Source: Pecten maximus
Taxonomy: Eukaryota
Reading direction: 5' to 3'
Assembly: GCF_902652985.1 (NCBI RefSeq)
Contig: NC_047025.1
Span: 30,814,001 to 30,878,000 of the forward strand
Length of the DNA stretch: 64,000 nucleotides
The notes beneath the pieces were generated by a model. It worked only from the letters and a program-made list of their open reading frames with translations. It ran no database searches and was not told the origin of the DNA. Position 1 is the stretch's first letter. Each line of letters starts with the position of its first letter. The translations under genes and the position numbers were made by a program. Positions 1 through 13,067 of this stretch are shown one piece after another.

Positions 1-98
1 ACTTAATTTGCTTACAAGTTAATCAGATTTCTTGGTATTTCTGATTGTCACAAAGATTGGTGAATTTGCAATATTGATTTTAAATGAAAGTGCTTAAC

Positions 99-2100
99 CA
101 CCTGGAGTGTACTTACTAACGACCTTGCTGGAATTGGAGGTTGAAGCATTTGAATTCTTATTGAGACCTGTCTTGGCTGCAGTGCCCATATCTCCAGAGG
201 TAAGACTCACCAATGTCCTCTTAATACCACCACTAATCTGTGTGTCCGTCCTCATTTTTTTTGCTGGAGGTCCACCTCCACTTAAGCTTCGACTTATTCC
301 CGTAGATTTAGCTGTAGAACTGTTCATATCACCATAGAATTTCATAATTCATTATAAATAAAACTACAGAACAAAATGTTCACATAGATAAAAAATCTCA
401 ATTGTAAATAGATCGAAAATCTCAATTGTAAATGGCTAGGTGATATTATCCCAAATGCAAAAGAAGTTTACGTAGTAATACCAATAATTTATATTTTTCT
501 GTTGATAATAGTTATGCACCGAAGCAGTAGCCTTCCCTTTATATTTTGCAATGCTGCATGTGTCATCAATTGAGATTTTTCTTTCAGTGACCATAGCTTA
601 ACAGTGTCTATTTCACTATTTAATAGAAACAGTCAGGGAATAATAAGGTTTTAGGGGAAGAAGCCTTCTATAGAAATATAGCTATTATAGGGGAAATACA
701 GTTAGTTTTTTTATAATATTAATACCACATTAAAACAACAACTACATGTCTCGTCTGTCCCACTAAGTCATGATAGCAAGTAAAGTAAAGGCAAAATTCA
801 TAACGATTTCAGTAAATTTTTTTGCAAAAAAAAAAAACAGCAAAAAAATTTCACTACTGGCACTTGAGCATGATTCTAGTATGGAAGAGCCTTATATATG
901 GTATGTTATAATGAATGTGTAAATATTGATGCAAATGTCATTTTTTTCACAAAATCACCAGTTGATTCTCACAATTTACCAAAATATAACATCTACACCA
1001 AAAATCACTCTTTCTGACCAAAAAATCACTCTTTCTGAAAAGTGAGAAGAAATCCATCTGATATATCATAGAATTTATTACAAATTGACTACAATCTGTA
1101 AGTCATTTGTAGGATCAACAAAGATTTTATACACTGTACAAAATCTTTAACACCAATATACAGCAAAAAATAAAACAAATTAAAAATCACATTATCTGTA
1201 AGGTGTGTTGACATGTTCATACTACAATGCAACTTTATTCCAAGTTTGGTTAAAATAAGCTTTAAATCCTTTTTTGAGAAGCTGAACTTAATACAAGTCG
1301 AGAGTCCCAGTCACTGAAACTGAACAAATTCTGAATAATATTCCATAAATGTATTGAGATGTCCATTATGTGATTTAGCTATATTTCAAGTTTGGTTAAA
1401 GTTGGACTACAAATACCTCTGAAAAGATGTGGTTGTCTTCTTGGTAACATTTGTGGGGGTTGTTTGCCGATGTTTTGGTTCAGATGCAATATTTATATCT
1501 GGAATAAATATATGGGTTTGATTTACTCGCAGTATACACAGCAAAACCATATACATCAAAGCAATTTTGAGCTTTTATCATTTTTGCTTTACTTTTCTTT
1601 TTTATTAAAATATGTCACTTGGAATAGACAAAATCAGAACAAATTTACATTGAGAATTTACCTAGGGTCTGATTGGCATACATTTTCCCATCTTCATTGA
1701 TACATGCTCTCCTAGCATCAGCCTGTCTAGCATACTGTATGAAGGCATATCCTTTGTGCATTGACAGTCCTGTCACTGCCCCGTAACGTTTGAAGATTCC
1801 CTCGACTTCCTCCTTGGAGAGTGCTATTGTGTTGAGGTTCCCCACAAACACCCTGGCTCCAGCTGTAGAAGGATCATTTGTGACACTACCTACACTTGCC
1901 TGACCCATAGGAGGTGCCATAGATTGGCGTGGAGGTCCAGCCATGTGTCCTGGTGGTCCAGGACGGCCATGTGGTGGGATGTGAGGAGCACGATGAGGCA
2001 TTGGGGGACCATGAGGACCCCCTGGATGACCTCCAGGGCCATGGGGTCCAGGACCCATGGGATGTGGTGCTCTCATTGGCATTCGCATTCTTGGCATCAT
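99..2100 (-). CDS. hnRNP C/RALY-like RRM RNA-binding protein, 5' part (continues past the window start)
   Basis: Exons 2100-1662, 1498-1417 and probably 319-99 join in frame with GT-AG ends. A Pro/Gly/His-rich N-terminus is followed by VGSVTNDPSTAGARVFVGNLNT...LSMHKGYAFIQY...QTL|DINIASEPK, which closely resembles the hnRNP C RRM (SRVFIGNLNT...VHKGFAFVQY...LDINLAAEPK). The third exon acceptor is less certain. Confidence 0.85.
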
Positions 2101-2771
2101 GATGAAAGTATTTTCTAGAAGTTAAACCTGTCAGTCTGCAAAATAAATGATTAAACAAATCATGAATTGGAGAATGTTTGCTACATAGCATTAGCAGGTG
2201 CTGTCATCATTGTTTTAAACTTGCGTTGTAACTTTTCAAACCTTTTATTATGCTAATTATTTTAACCACCTAAAATGTTTAATCAATTAATTAAAATAGG
2301 CCTTCAGAGAATGAATTATTGACTGAAGAGATCACTAACACAAACATAACAATAATGTTTGTTGTTCATCTAATAATCTTTGGGAATTTTTTTTATGTCT
2401 GTATGGACATGTGATTGTTTGAAGAAATCGCTATAAAAATTCTAGACTTTGTATCATGTTTTAACAGAGGGATTTGATCAACAGATCATTGGATAGAGAT
2501 ATCAAAAATAAAAAAAATACATTGAGAAATCAAAATAAATAAAATGATTGACAATCTGCTTCGGGACATTGAATAAGCATTTCTCAATTTGCTTGAATTT
2601 CCACTTATATTTTCTCAATTTCAACTTCCTCAAATTTTTACGTAACCTACTAAAGGGATCGACACCAACAGTAGCCCTGGGCTGCCAGGAATTAGGTCGG
2701 GCTGTCAGAATGTCCAGACCTGCAGCCCCCTGTGGGCTGACAACATTTTCAGTCAAATGTGTATGTCCAGC

Positions 2772-2906
2772 CACAGGGGCATGTTACAATAATAATGTAT
2801 ACATGAAATGATTAAAAATGTATGTGGGTGTTAGGTTTATACTGACCACATTTCTAATCATTTCATGTATACATTGTTATTGTAAGTTTTGTAACGTTCC
2901 CCTGTG
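2772..2906. mobile_element. MITE with long TIRs and 7-bp TSD (P-element-like termini)
   Basis: CACAGGGG...CCCCTGTG ends, internal arms inverted (ATAATGTATACATGAAATGATTA / TAATCATTTCATGTATACATTGT), flanked by direct repeat GTCCAGC at 2765-2771 and 2907-2913. Confidence 0.7.
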
Positions 2907-3180
2907 GTCCAGCTAAACTAAGTTTTCTTCATTTATTTCAATTATTTTATTTTCAAAACTTTTTTCATAAAATCCTTTGGTGTAATATCGTATATGTTTA
3001 TGCTCAGAATGAACTAGAATGCAGGAAACTGCATCTACAATATTCAACTAGGCATAAACAGCATTAATACGTGCCATACAACCTGGTTGTTAATTACCAG
3101 ATACAAGTGCCTCTCTGGTATCATTAACATTTTAAAGTTAAGAGCCAAATATGAATATTATACATACAACCAGCTGTACT

Positions 3181-3279
3181 TACGTGTTTAGCACGCTCAT
3201 TTGTCAAATATCGATTTTGACCTATAGTCAATACAAAGAGGTCGTAATCAATCTTTAGGATGAGCGTGCTAAACACGTA
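3181..3279. mobile_element. Small MITE-like inverted repeat
   Basis: 20-bp perfect TIR TACGTGTTTAGCACGCTCAT / ATGAGCGTGCTAAACACGTA, TA-bounded. Confidence 0.5.
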
Positions 3280-3412
3280 TGACCCAGAAACATTAAGGTA
3301 TAAAGAGAATGAAATCAAAGAAACTGAGAGGTTCAAAAGACCTACTGAGAAATCAAAAAGTTTTCATTGACATAGCCGCATTCAGTTCAGTATTAGATTT
3401 TATATATCTTAC

Positions 3413-3720
3413 CAAAGTATATCAAACGTGCAGGTCGATGGTCTTGTCTTAAATGGTTACATATGTGTCGTTTTGGTCACTTTAAATATAAGCACATGTT
3501 GCCTTTTGATACCATTCGCGGTAAAGATGGCGCTGCACTCAAATGTTTTACTCGTTCCCATGATGTTTTGATCGTTTTGAACGTTAAAATGTTAGTCTCG
3601 GTCATTCAGATGCTTTATTACTACGCAGCAAAGCATGGGAAACCAGAAAGGGTCTGGTTGACTAAGACTAGCGTAGGGCCTGGGAGCGATAAATTACTTC
3701 CGGTTGGGATATCTTATGTT
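3413..3720 (-). promoter_or_regulatory. Probable promoter and non-coding first exon of the hnRNP C-like gene
   Basis: Minus-strand donor GTAAGA at 3412-3407, YY1-type AAGATGGCG at ~3524, ETS-type ACTTCCGG at ~3695. These are typical housekeeping-promoter motifs. Confidence 0.45.
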
Positions 3721-4634
3721 ATATATATAGGAATACCATAAAAATACTATGCGAAACGATTCAAATAATTTTTAGTACATGGGTTCTTATACAAAAATGT
3801 ATGACTCATGTTCTTTGCAAAGAATTTGTAACCTTAACAAAACCATATGTTATAGATAAGACGCATCTTTGTACAATAATAAAGAATTGCGTGCACCAAT
3901 AAATCGCCCTCTTAATTATATTACCTTTTTGATTTATCAATAATTTAAAGGTATGTTGCGGACAACCTAAATCAGCTTAATTAATTTCTTTTTTTGAAAA
4001 AGAAAGATAGGCTGCAGACGGAAAATTACAGCCGTATTGAATAGTTAGTACTCTCGGTATTTGGTCTAAACTAAATGTCGAAAGAACACTTAGCAGGGTT
4101 TATAATCATCTGGAGAACTGAAAAACATAAGTAATTCATACGAACTCGATCCATTTTGGTTTTCGAAAATCCTAATCTATTGTGACTCGTGCCTCATTTA
4201 TCTTATAGACTATATACAACTCCAAACAGCTATCTAGATTTGCAGTTGACACGGTCACCTAGCTATATAATCAACAAAATGGTTGAAATCTTGAAAATAC
4301 AATATGCAGCTGGTTCCTCAGTTGGTAATGTCCCTCGGGATGATTGTTATGCATTATAGGTCCTCTTTTGTTCCTGATTTACACAAAATTTAACTGGTGA
4401 TACATTACCATCATATTTTATCATCAATATCTGGATGTATAGTTTCCTCTAATGTATCAATATAATTATGCCTGCTGAAACAAAAATGCTATCAATACTT
4501 TTCAACAAGTTAACCGACGTCTCAAACTTTATGTCTTTCGGTTAATTAACGCAAACGTTATCTCCTAGTCGATCTTAGCCGTTCTTCGTGGTTTGGGGAC
4601 TTGTTGAACAAATAAATAAAAACTACAAATTCCC

Positions 4635-4723
4635 TAGCCCGAGTTTTCTCTGGCCCTGTCACCATGTCTGGTGTAGGGCCCCTACACCAGACATGGTGAC
4701 AGGGCCAGAGAAAACTCGGGCTA
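4635..4723. mobile_element. 89-bp palindromic MITE with 9-bp TSD (Academ/Mutator-like non-autonomous)
   Basis: Near-perfect hairpin TAGCCCGAG...CTCGGGCTA, flanked by CAAATTCCC at 4626-4634 and 4724-4732. Confidence 0.8.
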
Positions 4724-5000
4724 CAAATTCCCAAGAACCAGATGATAGCTCACTGTGTATACCCGTACACCGGAAATTGCTATCAACGAAGCGAAACTGT
4801 TGGGTGGACGCGGTCAAACATACCTAAATTTTTCAGTGTTTTTCATAATCATGTATTTTCACACGGCGTATAAATTGTTTCCATGTCAAGCCCATTATAT
4901 ATGCATGCCATAGAACCTCCGTATGTGATTTTGTTTTCGAAACATGTCTGTTTAACCTTATAAGCTGTCTAGCTGGTACCGCTAAATGCAAAGTGATAAC

Positions 5001-5400
5001 ATCAACAGGCAACGATAATTTATTATACCGCACGTTTAAAACGTCCCTCACACCAACATTACACTAAATAAGATCCAAATATAATAACCTACATGTTTGA
5101 CCAAGTTAAAGCTTTAAATCGTTGCATTATAACAGAAAATAAAATGTAAACGGTATGTTGATCAAGTTTATAACTTGCCGTACACCGATTGATCAAGTTT
5201 ATAACTTGCCGTACACCGATTGATCAAGTTTATAACTTGCCGTACACCGATTGATCAACCTGTCATACACATTGTCATTTTATTTTCTGTTATAGCGCAA
5301 CGATACACGTATATTATATCTGGATCTTATTTAGTGTAATAATGTTGGTGTGAGGGACGTTTTAAACGTGCGGTATAATGAATTATAATTGCCTGTTGAT
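5001..5400. mobile_element. Foldback MITE with ~140-bp TIRs and an internal 31-bp tandem repeat (x3)
   Basis: 5001-5145 is the imperfect reverse complement of 5276-5400. TTGATCAAGTTTATAACTTGCCGTACACCGA occurs three times at ~5158-5250. Confidence 0.7.
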
Positions 5401-6245
5401 ATGATAGAAGTTATATGACACAACCAATATGATATTTAAGAGTGTGACGTTTCGATGACTACACTGTCACCTTCATCAGACTAATGACCAATGTGAATCC
5501 TAGCGTACTAAAACTGTCTAATGTAGTGTCCGAGATGGTAAAAGATTCGATCTACTCTAAAGGATGTTTCGTCTTTATTATGATCCTGTTGACACCAAGT
5601 TCGAAAAAAGTGTGACGAGATGGTAAAAATAAAATATAAATTTATTCCAATTCGATGTGCTACGAATATGTCGACACTATTTTATCTTAAATTCTGGATT
5701 CACTGAATGATTAGGAAAGAAAATTAATCCGCCATCTTAATTCATCGATATAATGTAAAATATATGAAAACTGAAGTGAAAAGCGGCTATGTGTAGGCCT
5801 TCATCTGTATCTCCTAATGGCCTTCATAATTACTGTTTGAATCTAAGATGGAAAGAGTGCGTCATAAAAGGTTCCAGCCGTAACACCTGTATATCTGTTT
5901 TAATTGTATAGGTACAATGTATACACATTTATATTTTATGTACAAATAAAGATGGTGCGTGTACCAGGGACGTAATGCTATGTATGTCCCCGCATGTATA
6001 CTACTCCTATCGCGTCTTAAACTAGTTCTTATAATGTAACTAAGCTATAATATCAAAGCCGCAATATATATATCCTTGTTCAAAGCGAAATATATGGCTA
6101 CGAGCAAGCGTGTATAATGAAAAGGAGTCTTTGTTTTTGAATTAAAATCGATTTGATTGCTAACAATACACAAAAGGATTGGAGGCAAGTTATCACAACT
6201 TATCAATGTCCTTTCCGTAATACAATTATACAGAGGCGTAGGAAG

Positions 6246-6282
<37 letters not shown>

Positions 6283-6732
6283 AACATATCTCTTTTTGTG
6301 TCCCCCCCCCCCCCCCCTTTTGACATCTAAAATCTAAAAAAGGGGAAAAAACTAACGGATTTTGATATTTATTTCGATAAATATCTGTAAATTTTCGAAC
6401 CGAATAGTTTTCTTGAAGGCAACGATAAAAACTTAATCTTTTACATCCGGAACATTCAGACTTTTATATTAGTATAACAATCCTCAGACCTGTGTGTCGG
6501 TCGTCTGCACTAGTCTGGTAAGTCAATATTTATATCTTAATACGAAATTTTGCTTAACTTCATCACATAGATTCGATAAGTTGATGATAATTTGTGAAGT
6601 TTATTGATTTCATAATGAGAACAAGACAGAAACACAACACGGATGAGAATGCGCGGTTTTAACGTGAAAAGAGTAATATTAGTTACCGACAGGTACGAAT
6701 GAGGAAACAACGTATAACATGAAACGGCACTG

Positions 6733-7043
6733 GTTTGGTTTAGTTTGGTTTGGTTTATTTTGTTTAACGTCCTATTAACAGCTAAGGTCATTTAAGGACA
6801 GCCTCCCGTGCGTGTGACATGCATGCGTGTGGCGAGTGCGAATGTGTGTTTTGGGAGGCTGCGGTATGTTCGTGTTAAGTCTCCTTGTGATAGGACGGAA
6901 CTTTTGCCGATTTATAGTGCTACCTCACTGAAGCATACTGCCGAAGACACCCAACAGCACACCCCACCCGGTCACATTATACTGACAACGGGCGAACCAT
7001 GCAGTCGTCCCACTCCTAATATGCTGAGCGCTACGCAGGAGTA
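6733..7043 (-). mobile_element. SINE copy (5'-truncated), same family as 19335-19728
   Basis: Reverse complement of the 3' two thirds of the 19.4-19.7 kb element, including the (CCAAA)n tail. Confidence 0.8.
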
Positions 7044-7429
7044 AAACGGCACTGGCATTTGTTGTCGACAAATTAGCAGCATGTAGGGTTCGCTTTAGAT
7101 ACACATTCTATCAGATTTGAAAAGTTAAAAACCTGTCAATTATTAAGGAAAAATAATAAGTTTTTAAAGTGAATAACTATTCTAGGTAAATTTTGCCTTT
7201 TTCGTAGGAGGAAAAATAATTATAGCCTAATTAATGGGGAAAAAATCGACTCGCGCATATGGCGCTCGCATTTAATTCGGCTCGCATTATCACTAACTTA
7301 CTGGACCACTCTTTCGAAAATCCTGGATCCGCGCCATGATAATTAAATGTTCACTCTCATTTTACCGTACTCTTTAAAAACTTTTTTCATATGAGGGTAA
7401 TTTAGGTTTGATTGATCATTTAAACTGTT

Positions 7430-8070
7430 TTAAAGTGTTACTATTTCTTTTTTTCCAACGGCAGGTTATTCCTTAAATTACAGATATTAGGTATAAAAGA
7501 AGAAATAATAAGACTATTGCGATAAAAAGTGATTTGTTATCCATCTCTATTTCTGAGATTATAAGCAGACAGATCAGACACTTTAGGGGGAAGAAGAGAC
7601 ACAAGACAGTTTGGTGAATTACACGACTGAATGCTATAAAAAAAGACTGAGTTTTCTGATATTTCTACGTTCTTTTAAGAATTGCCAGTTCAATGCCTGA
7701 TATAGTCTAAATTTACATGTAAAAATGGGCAAGTCTGTAATAATTCTGGCGGCTTCATACTGTATGTTTCCAATAGCTTCTGTGTCTCCTTCGTGGCAAC
7801 TATCCCAAACCTCACATGCATATTGTAAAACAGGCCGAACGTACACCTAAAACTGAACCTTGAGGAACTCCCGCTTTAAGAATTCATTCAGAAGAAGTAC
7901 ATTTTTTCATGACATATGAATGTTTTCTTTCAAAGTGGTAGTGTTTAAACCATTTAAATAAATTTCCCTTAATTCTATATTTTTTCCAGTTTCAAAATCA
8001 ATCCTCTATGCCACACACGATCGAAAGCTTTAGAAAAATCACAAAATATAATCGCCGTGTGTTCTTTGTT
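7430..8070 (-). pseudogene. Degenerate CR1-group LINE reverse transcriptase fragment
   Basis: VRPVLQYACEVWD...IQYEAARIITDLP and an upstream DFSKAFD motif; similar to the LINE at 57-59 kb. Confidence 0.7.
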
Positions 8071-9389
8071 ACTTTGTTACCAGTAGTGTGTTGTACATAT
8101 TTTGCCACCTATATATAGATCTAAAAAGAAATCAAGAGATAGCGAAACCTTTGGATTCGCAAGATAACTTTATCTTTCCAACCTTCACTAATGTTTCACA
8201 TTAGTTAACAGATCAATCTCATCTCTAGAGATAGTCGATTTATCAAAAACTAAGATAATATTTGACATCCATCCTTAAAATAGACGGTTTATCTATGTAT
8301 GGCTCCATCGATAGTGTGATTCACATCGGCCGGTTTGATAACACGGCTGTAATATTCACAGGACCCTGGTTAATTATATAGCGAACGACAGTAATCAATG
8401 TATTTAAATCTTCAGATAGATTTACTAAAAGGGATATTATTTTAGACCTAAAATGTACATACATATGATGTAAACATTATTTTATTTCTTGATTATTCTT
8501 CATTCATGTCCATCCACATTAACCATTCATATAAAGTATTTATTTATTTAATTATTTTATAAGTCTATATATTCATAGACTATATACATGTATGTCCCTG
8601 GTATATTAACTAGAATATTAACCATTCATCACAACGCGAGCGGTTATAAAAACTAGAAGATTTCGTTTCGTTTGATTTAAATTTGAATTTCTATAAACCA
8701 CATATACAGGCCCTGTTGGCCACACGGTATTATGAAACCGGCGTGGTAAACGTCGGTGCCCGTTCGATCAGAGAAGATCGAAAATAATAGGAACTAGTTG
8801 AACATGATGCCAATATGATGTGACAGTGTAAGTATAAATTAATTTGCACCATTTTGCTATTCATGATTTATAAACATAAATCGAAGGAGGCGGCTGAATG
8901 TAAACTTGAAGCGATTGATTGAAGGACGACTTGACCCTTTACGTAAACAAAGTTCACATACAGGCCCAGTTTAGAGTTTGACGTTGTATCGTTCAATACG
9001 AATATATAATGGTTCATATGAAAATACCGCGTATACTATAAAAAAATACAGTACGTCAAACTACCAGTTCATATTAACGTAAGGGATGGCATCATGCATC
9101 AGCAGCATCACTCTTAGGTTTACTTAAAACACTAGTCTGAATATACTGTTGAAAATTCAAAACAACTGTCGACATTGTGATTGTCATTATTTTCTAACGA
9201 TAGGATATTGCTGACAGTTCTTTAATTCTCATTTTTCAGTGGATTTTCTTGAAATTTTACAAACTTCTAGGAAATTATTAGCCTTTTCCAAGTTTTCCCC
9301 CAGCTGAATGATAGTAATTTTGTCTAACCGTTTTCAAGAGATAGGCCTACTGCAGCCATACAGCTGAACTGGACTGGGCAGAACATGGC

Positions 9390-9495
9390 AATGGTGGCCA
9401 AGTAGCCCAAAAGGTTAGAGCATCCGGCTAGGGCTCGGAGATCCCAAGTTCGAGTCCCAATCAGGTTGTTGTGGTTTTCCTTTCCTGTTACCTTG
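9390..9495 (+). repeat. tRNA-derived SINE head
   Basis: A-box-like GGTTAGAGC and B-box GTTCGAGTCC spacing. No intact cloverleaf. Confidence 0.45.
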
Positions 9496-10183
9496 TAGGT
9501 GGTATGTCCAGTATGCTTGTAAAGTGTTATAAATACTGTAGATTTAAAAGTCCGCACTCTACTGACTTCATAAAATATAAAATTATCCAATTTTCCTGAA
9601 ACTTCGTTCTCAGAGTCTTGGAATTTGAACTCCATTCACTTGCTTACGTCATCTTTTGGGCAAATTATGATTTCAATCTCCTGGGGTCAAAAGTGAGGTC
9701 ACTGCTAGCTGCTAGTCTACTAAGTATAAATAAATGTTCAACAATTGCCCTAAAACTACTTAAACACAAATTGGAGTTTTGAATTAATTTGCATTTCATT
9801 CTCCTAGGTCACTGTTACTATAAAATATATTCTCATTGTCCTCACTCTACTTACTTTAATTATCTGATATATGTAGTTCTGTTCAGTACTTCAAGCTCAT
9901 ACTCAAAAAGTTTTTTTTATCCCCCAGGGCCCTGCCAAACGAGGTTGGCAGGGGATCCCCAGACGTACAAATGGATTATGTCCTTTCATCGTTCCACATT
10001 CAGAATGATCGATTTTAATGAAACTCTTATATTTATTAAATTTGTGCAGTTAATCATTATGTACAATATATTTTATAAGTTAATATCATTGGACTTTTAA
10101 GGATTTTTTTTCAAATGAAATTTTCAGTCAGCCTTAATTTCTTTTTAGATGATCATTGGAGTGAACAAGCTTAGAAACAGAAG

Positions 10184-10783
10184 ATGCTGATCTTAAGATG
10201 GCTGCAGAAATCATCAAAGCCTGTTCAGCAGGTTTTGTCCAGATGCGGAAAAGTGATATTCGGCAAAAAGTATTTGCTTGTGACTAATGTCAGTATAACT
10301 GTGGGATTGTCTTGTACTGGAGACTTCCTGCAGCAGCGGTACCAGATAAAGACAAAGGAAACAAAGTCTATGAATTTGACTCGCAGCAAACATGTGGCAG
10401 CTTCTGGACTAGTGATAGGACCATTCTGTCATTACTGGTACATATTTCTGGACAAATGGCTTCCTGGTAAGACGACCAAAGTTGTGCTAAAAAAAGTTAT
10501 TGTGGATCAGCTAATTTGCTCTCCAATATATATTTCTTTGTTTTTAATAACAACTTCTGTGCTGGAGAGAAAGTCTTGGGAAGAAACCAAAAAGGAAACT
10601 ACTAGTAAAGGTGCCACCCTTTATCTGGCTGAGTGGATTGTGTGGCCCCCTGCTCAACTAATTAACTTCTCCTTTTTACCAACAAGATACAGGGTCCTCT
10701 ATGACAATTCAATCTCACTTGGATTTGATTGTTATTTCTCTCGTGTCAAATATGGATGTACGGAAAACGCAAATGAAACCTGA
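10184..10783 (+). CDS. MPV17L2: Mpv17/PMP22-family membrane protein (Mpv17-like protein 2)
   Basis: 199-aa single coding exon: KYLLVTN...GDFLQQ...GPFCHYWYIFLDKWLPG...KKVIVDQLICSP...VWPPAQLINFSFLPTRYRVLYDN. Acceptor TTTTTAG just upstream (10148). Confidence 0.9.
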   Translation: MLILRWLQKSSKPVQQVLSRCGKVIFGKKYLLVTNVSITVGLSCTGDFLQQRYQIKTKETKSMNLTRSKHVAASGLVIGPFCHYWYIFLDKWLPGKTTKVVLKKVIVDQLICSPIYISLFLITTSVLERKSWEETKKETTSKGATLYLAEWIVWPPAQLINFSFLPTRYRVLYDNSISLGFDCYFSRVKYGCTENANET

Positions 10784-11244
10784 AGAAATCCAAGTTTGAT
10801 CGTTTACTTGATTAACTTGTTACCTTGCCAGAACTCAACAATGATGTTGACATGACCCATGAACAATATTGCTTAATTATTTTTTCTATTATTATTACTT
10901 TTAAAATGACAAATAATATACATGTATTGAATGAAAATTACTTTGTTTTGATATTGTGCAATTTGTGTACTGAAAGAGTTCTGCTTGGGATTGATATCCC
11001 ATAAGGACTTCATGTTGATAATCAAGATATGATGAATGGGGAGCATGTTGTTGTTTTATAACTTGTGATATCTAATAGAGTGAAAGGGTTGTTAGATTTT
11101 TTATGTTGGAAAAAATGGACTCCCATAAAAACGTTATGAATATATTTGGCCTATTCTGTCATTTTTTATCACAATATTCCATAAGAATTTATTACTGGAG
11201 TAAAAATGCTGTATTTATTCCCTGAGTTTATCCACTGTGAACAG

Positions 11245-11520
11245 CCACTAGCCCCAGGGTCATGTTTAGGCGGGGTCTCCTTGTAGTAGTTGGTAACTAC
11301 CTCACTGAACAACATACAGGAGGCCTGTCACATGCCATCCAGAGCAATTAGGGTAAACTATCTTACTCAATGACACAACCTGGAGAGTACCAACCCGTCT
11401 GTTCTCAGCTTCCAGATAAAAACAAAACAACACAGGTAGGGAGTGTCGAACCATGTACTTCGGATCTTTACCCGAGATTACATGGCCGGTGCTCTAACCA
11501 ACAGAACTCTTGCAGCCATT
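11245..11520 (-). mobile_element. Degenerate tRNA-derived SINE
   Basis: Minus strand shows GTTGGTTAGAGCAC...GGTTCGAC A/B boxes followed by a SINE-like body. Confidence 0.45.
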
Positions 11521-12984
11521 GGAATGCTGTGAAGCAGGTTTATTCAGATTTATTAAAATAGGTCAAGTGTACTGTACTCCTTTTACACTTTTTTGACTTT
11601 CGTCAGAAGATCTTAATAACTTATTCATAGGATTTCCAAAGTTAATCCAGTCATTCATGCATACCCAAATTTAACACAGCTGCTTTTCAGCATTCCACTG
11701 ACAATATATAATGACTTTAGAGTCTAAAGTATTATGTTGACCTTAAGGATTTTTAAAGATAGTCAAGGTCATTCTTTTGAAGACTTCTGAAAAATCTATG
11801 TATATATATATATATATAGATCTCAACAAATCAGAAAATACATTATTAATGACTCATCCACACCTATGCATCAAGATTCAAGAAATTATATTTGATACCT
11901 GGTAGATCAACATCCACATCAGAATGGGCCGGAGATGTCACGGCTGGTATAGTAAAGACCTTTATGACAGGAACTGGTATGTTGTAAATTAACCCGATAA
12001 TACAATACCTAGTACATATATAGGTCTTTACAGAATTCTATACAGACCTAAACTAGGTATTTCATTATCAAATTCAATTTATATCTACGTAATCTACAGG
12101 TATAAATGCCTGTGATCAGAAAATGTTGTGTTTCTTGATGACCAACTTACCTCTTGAGCCACATTAAGTCGTGTGCCTGGCACTATACAGTGATTTTCGG
12201 GATTCAGTCCTGGGCTTGTGTTTTTCCTGTGACTACAGTAACTTAAATTTTGTATTATATCTCTTTGTATTGGCAGAGGTACTACCTATAGCTACTGTTG
12301 TAGTAGAAAATCATTTGGCAATTTTTAAGTTTTTTAAGTCATATTTTCATGCAAAACTAAAATGCTCTTCCACTACAACAGTAGCTAATTAGGCCAGTAC
12401 CTACAATATTGGCACTATCAAAATTTTGGAAATTGTGTTCTGGTCTTTCCTGAAAAAATCAACGAGGGCAAAATATGAAGACAATATAGATTTAACAAAA
12501 AAATAGCTAATGGCAAAATACATCGAAAATAAGGCTATGTGTTTGAGAGGGGAAGCTTCCTAGACACCAAAAAGCATAAGATATGATCAGTAGTAAACAG
12601 TGAGTTTTTGATGGACAAGGGTTGAGCTTGAGTATTTCAAGAAGATTATGAAATAGAATCCACGAACCCTTGAACAGGTTCGTGTTGTAATGCACAAGGA
12701 AAAATCAACCAGAAATTGTTGGCTAAGGCATCAACCATTTAACTTTAGGGGGAGGGGGAGAAGGCCTGGATTTTTTTGCGAAAAAAAAGATTGCTTACTA
12801 ATTTTCTAAAAACAAATTAATTGTTGCAGCTATGGAGTTAACAAAAGTGTGATCTTTTTTAAGCGATGAAAAAAGTTTGATTTTTGCCTCTGTGAAGAAC
12901 AAAAGAACCCACAAAAATGATTAAAAAATTAAAATTTTATTAAATGCTGCAAGTTGCATGTCATTCAAAATCCAATCTAATTAA

Positions 12985-13067
12985 AATCAGATGTGCACTA
13001 TCCACTCTGTAAACTCCGTATGACTTACTCCGTATAAGTTAACGGAGTGGATAGTGAACATCTGATT
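12985..13067. repeat. Short hairpin/MITE
   Basis: AATCAGATGTGCACTATCCACTC ... GAGTGGATAGTGAACATCTGATT inverted arms. Confidence 0.55.

Noticed and set aside
6232-6320. Poly-Pro ORF / G-quadruplex regulatory element (also 29633-29666, 30480-30604, 32876-32902)
   Set aside because: Poly-G/C runs belong to common short repeat termini (e.g. CCTGGATCCGCGCC), and run lengths are unreliable. No evidence of function.
9390-9470. tRNA gene
   Set aside because: A/B boxes are present but there is no convincing acceptor or anticodon stem. It is a SINE head.
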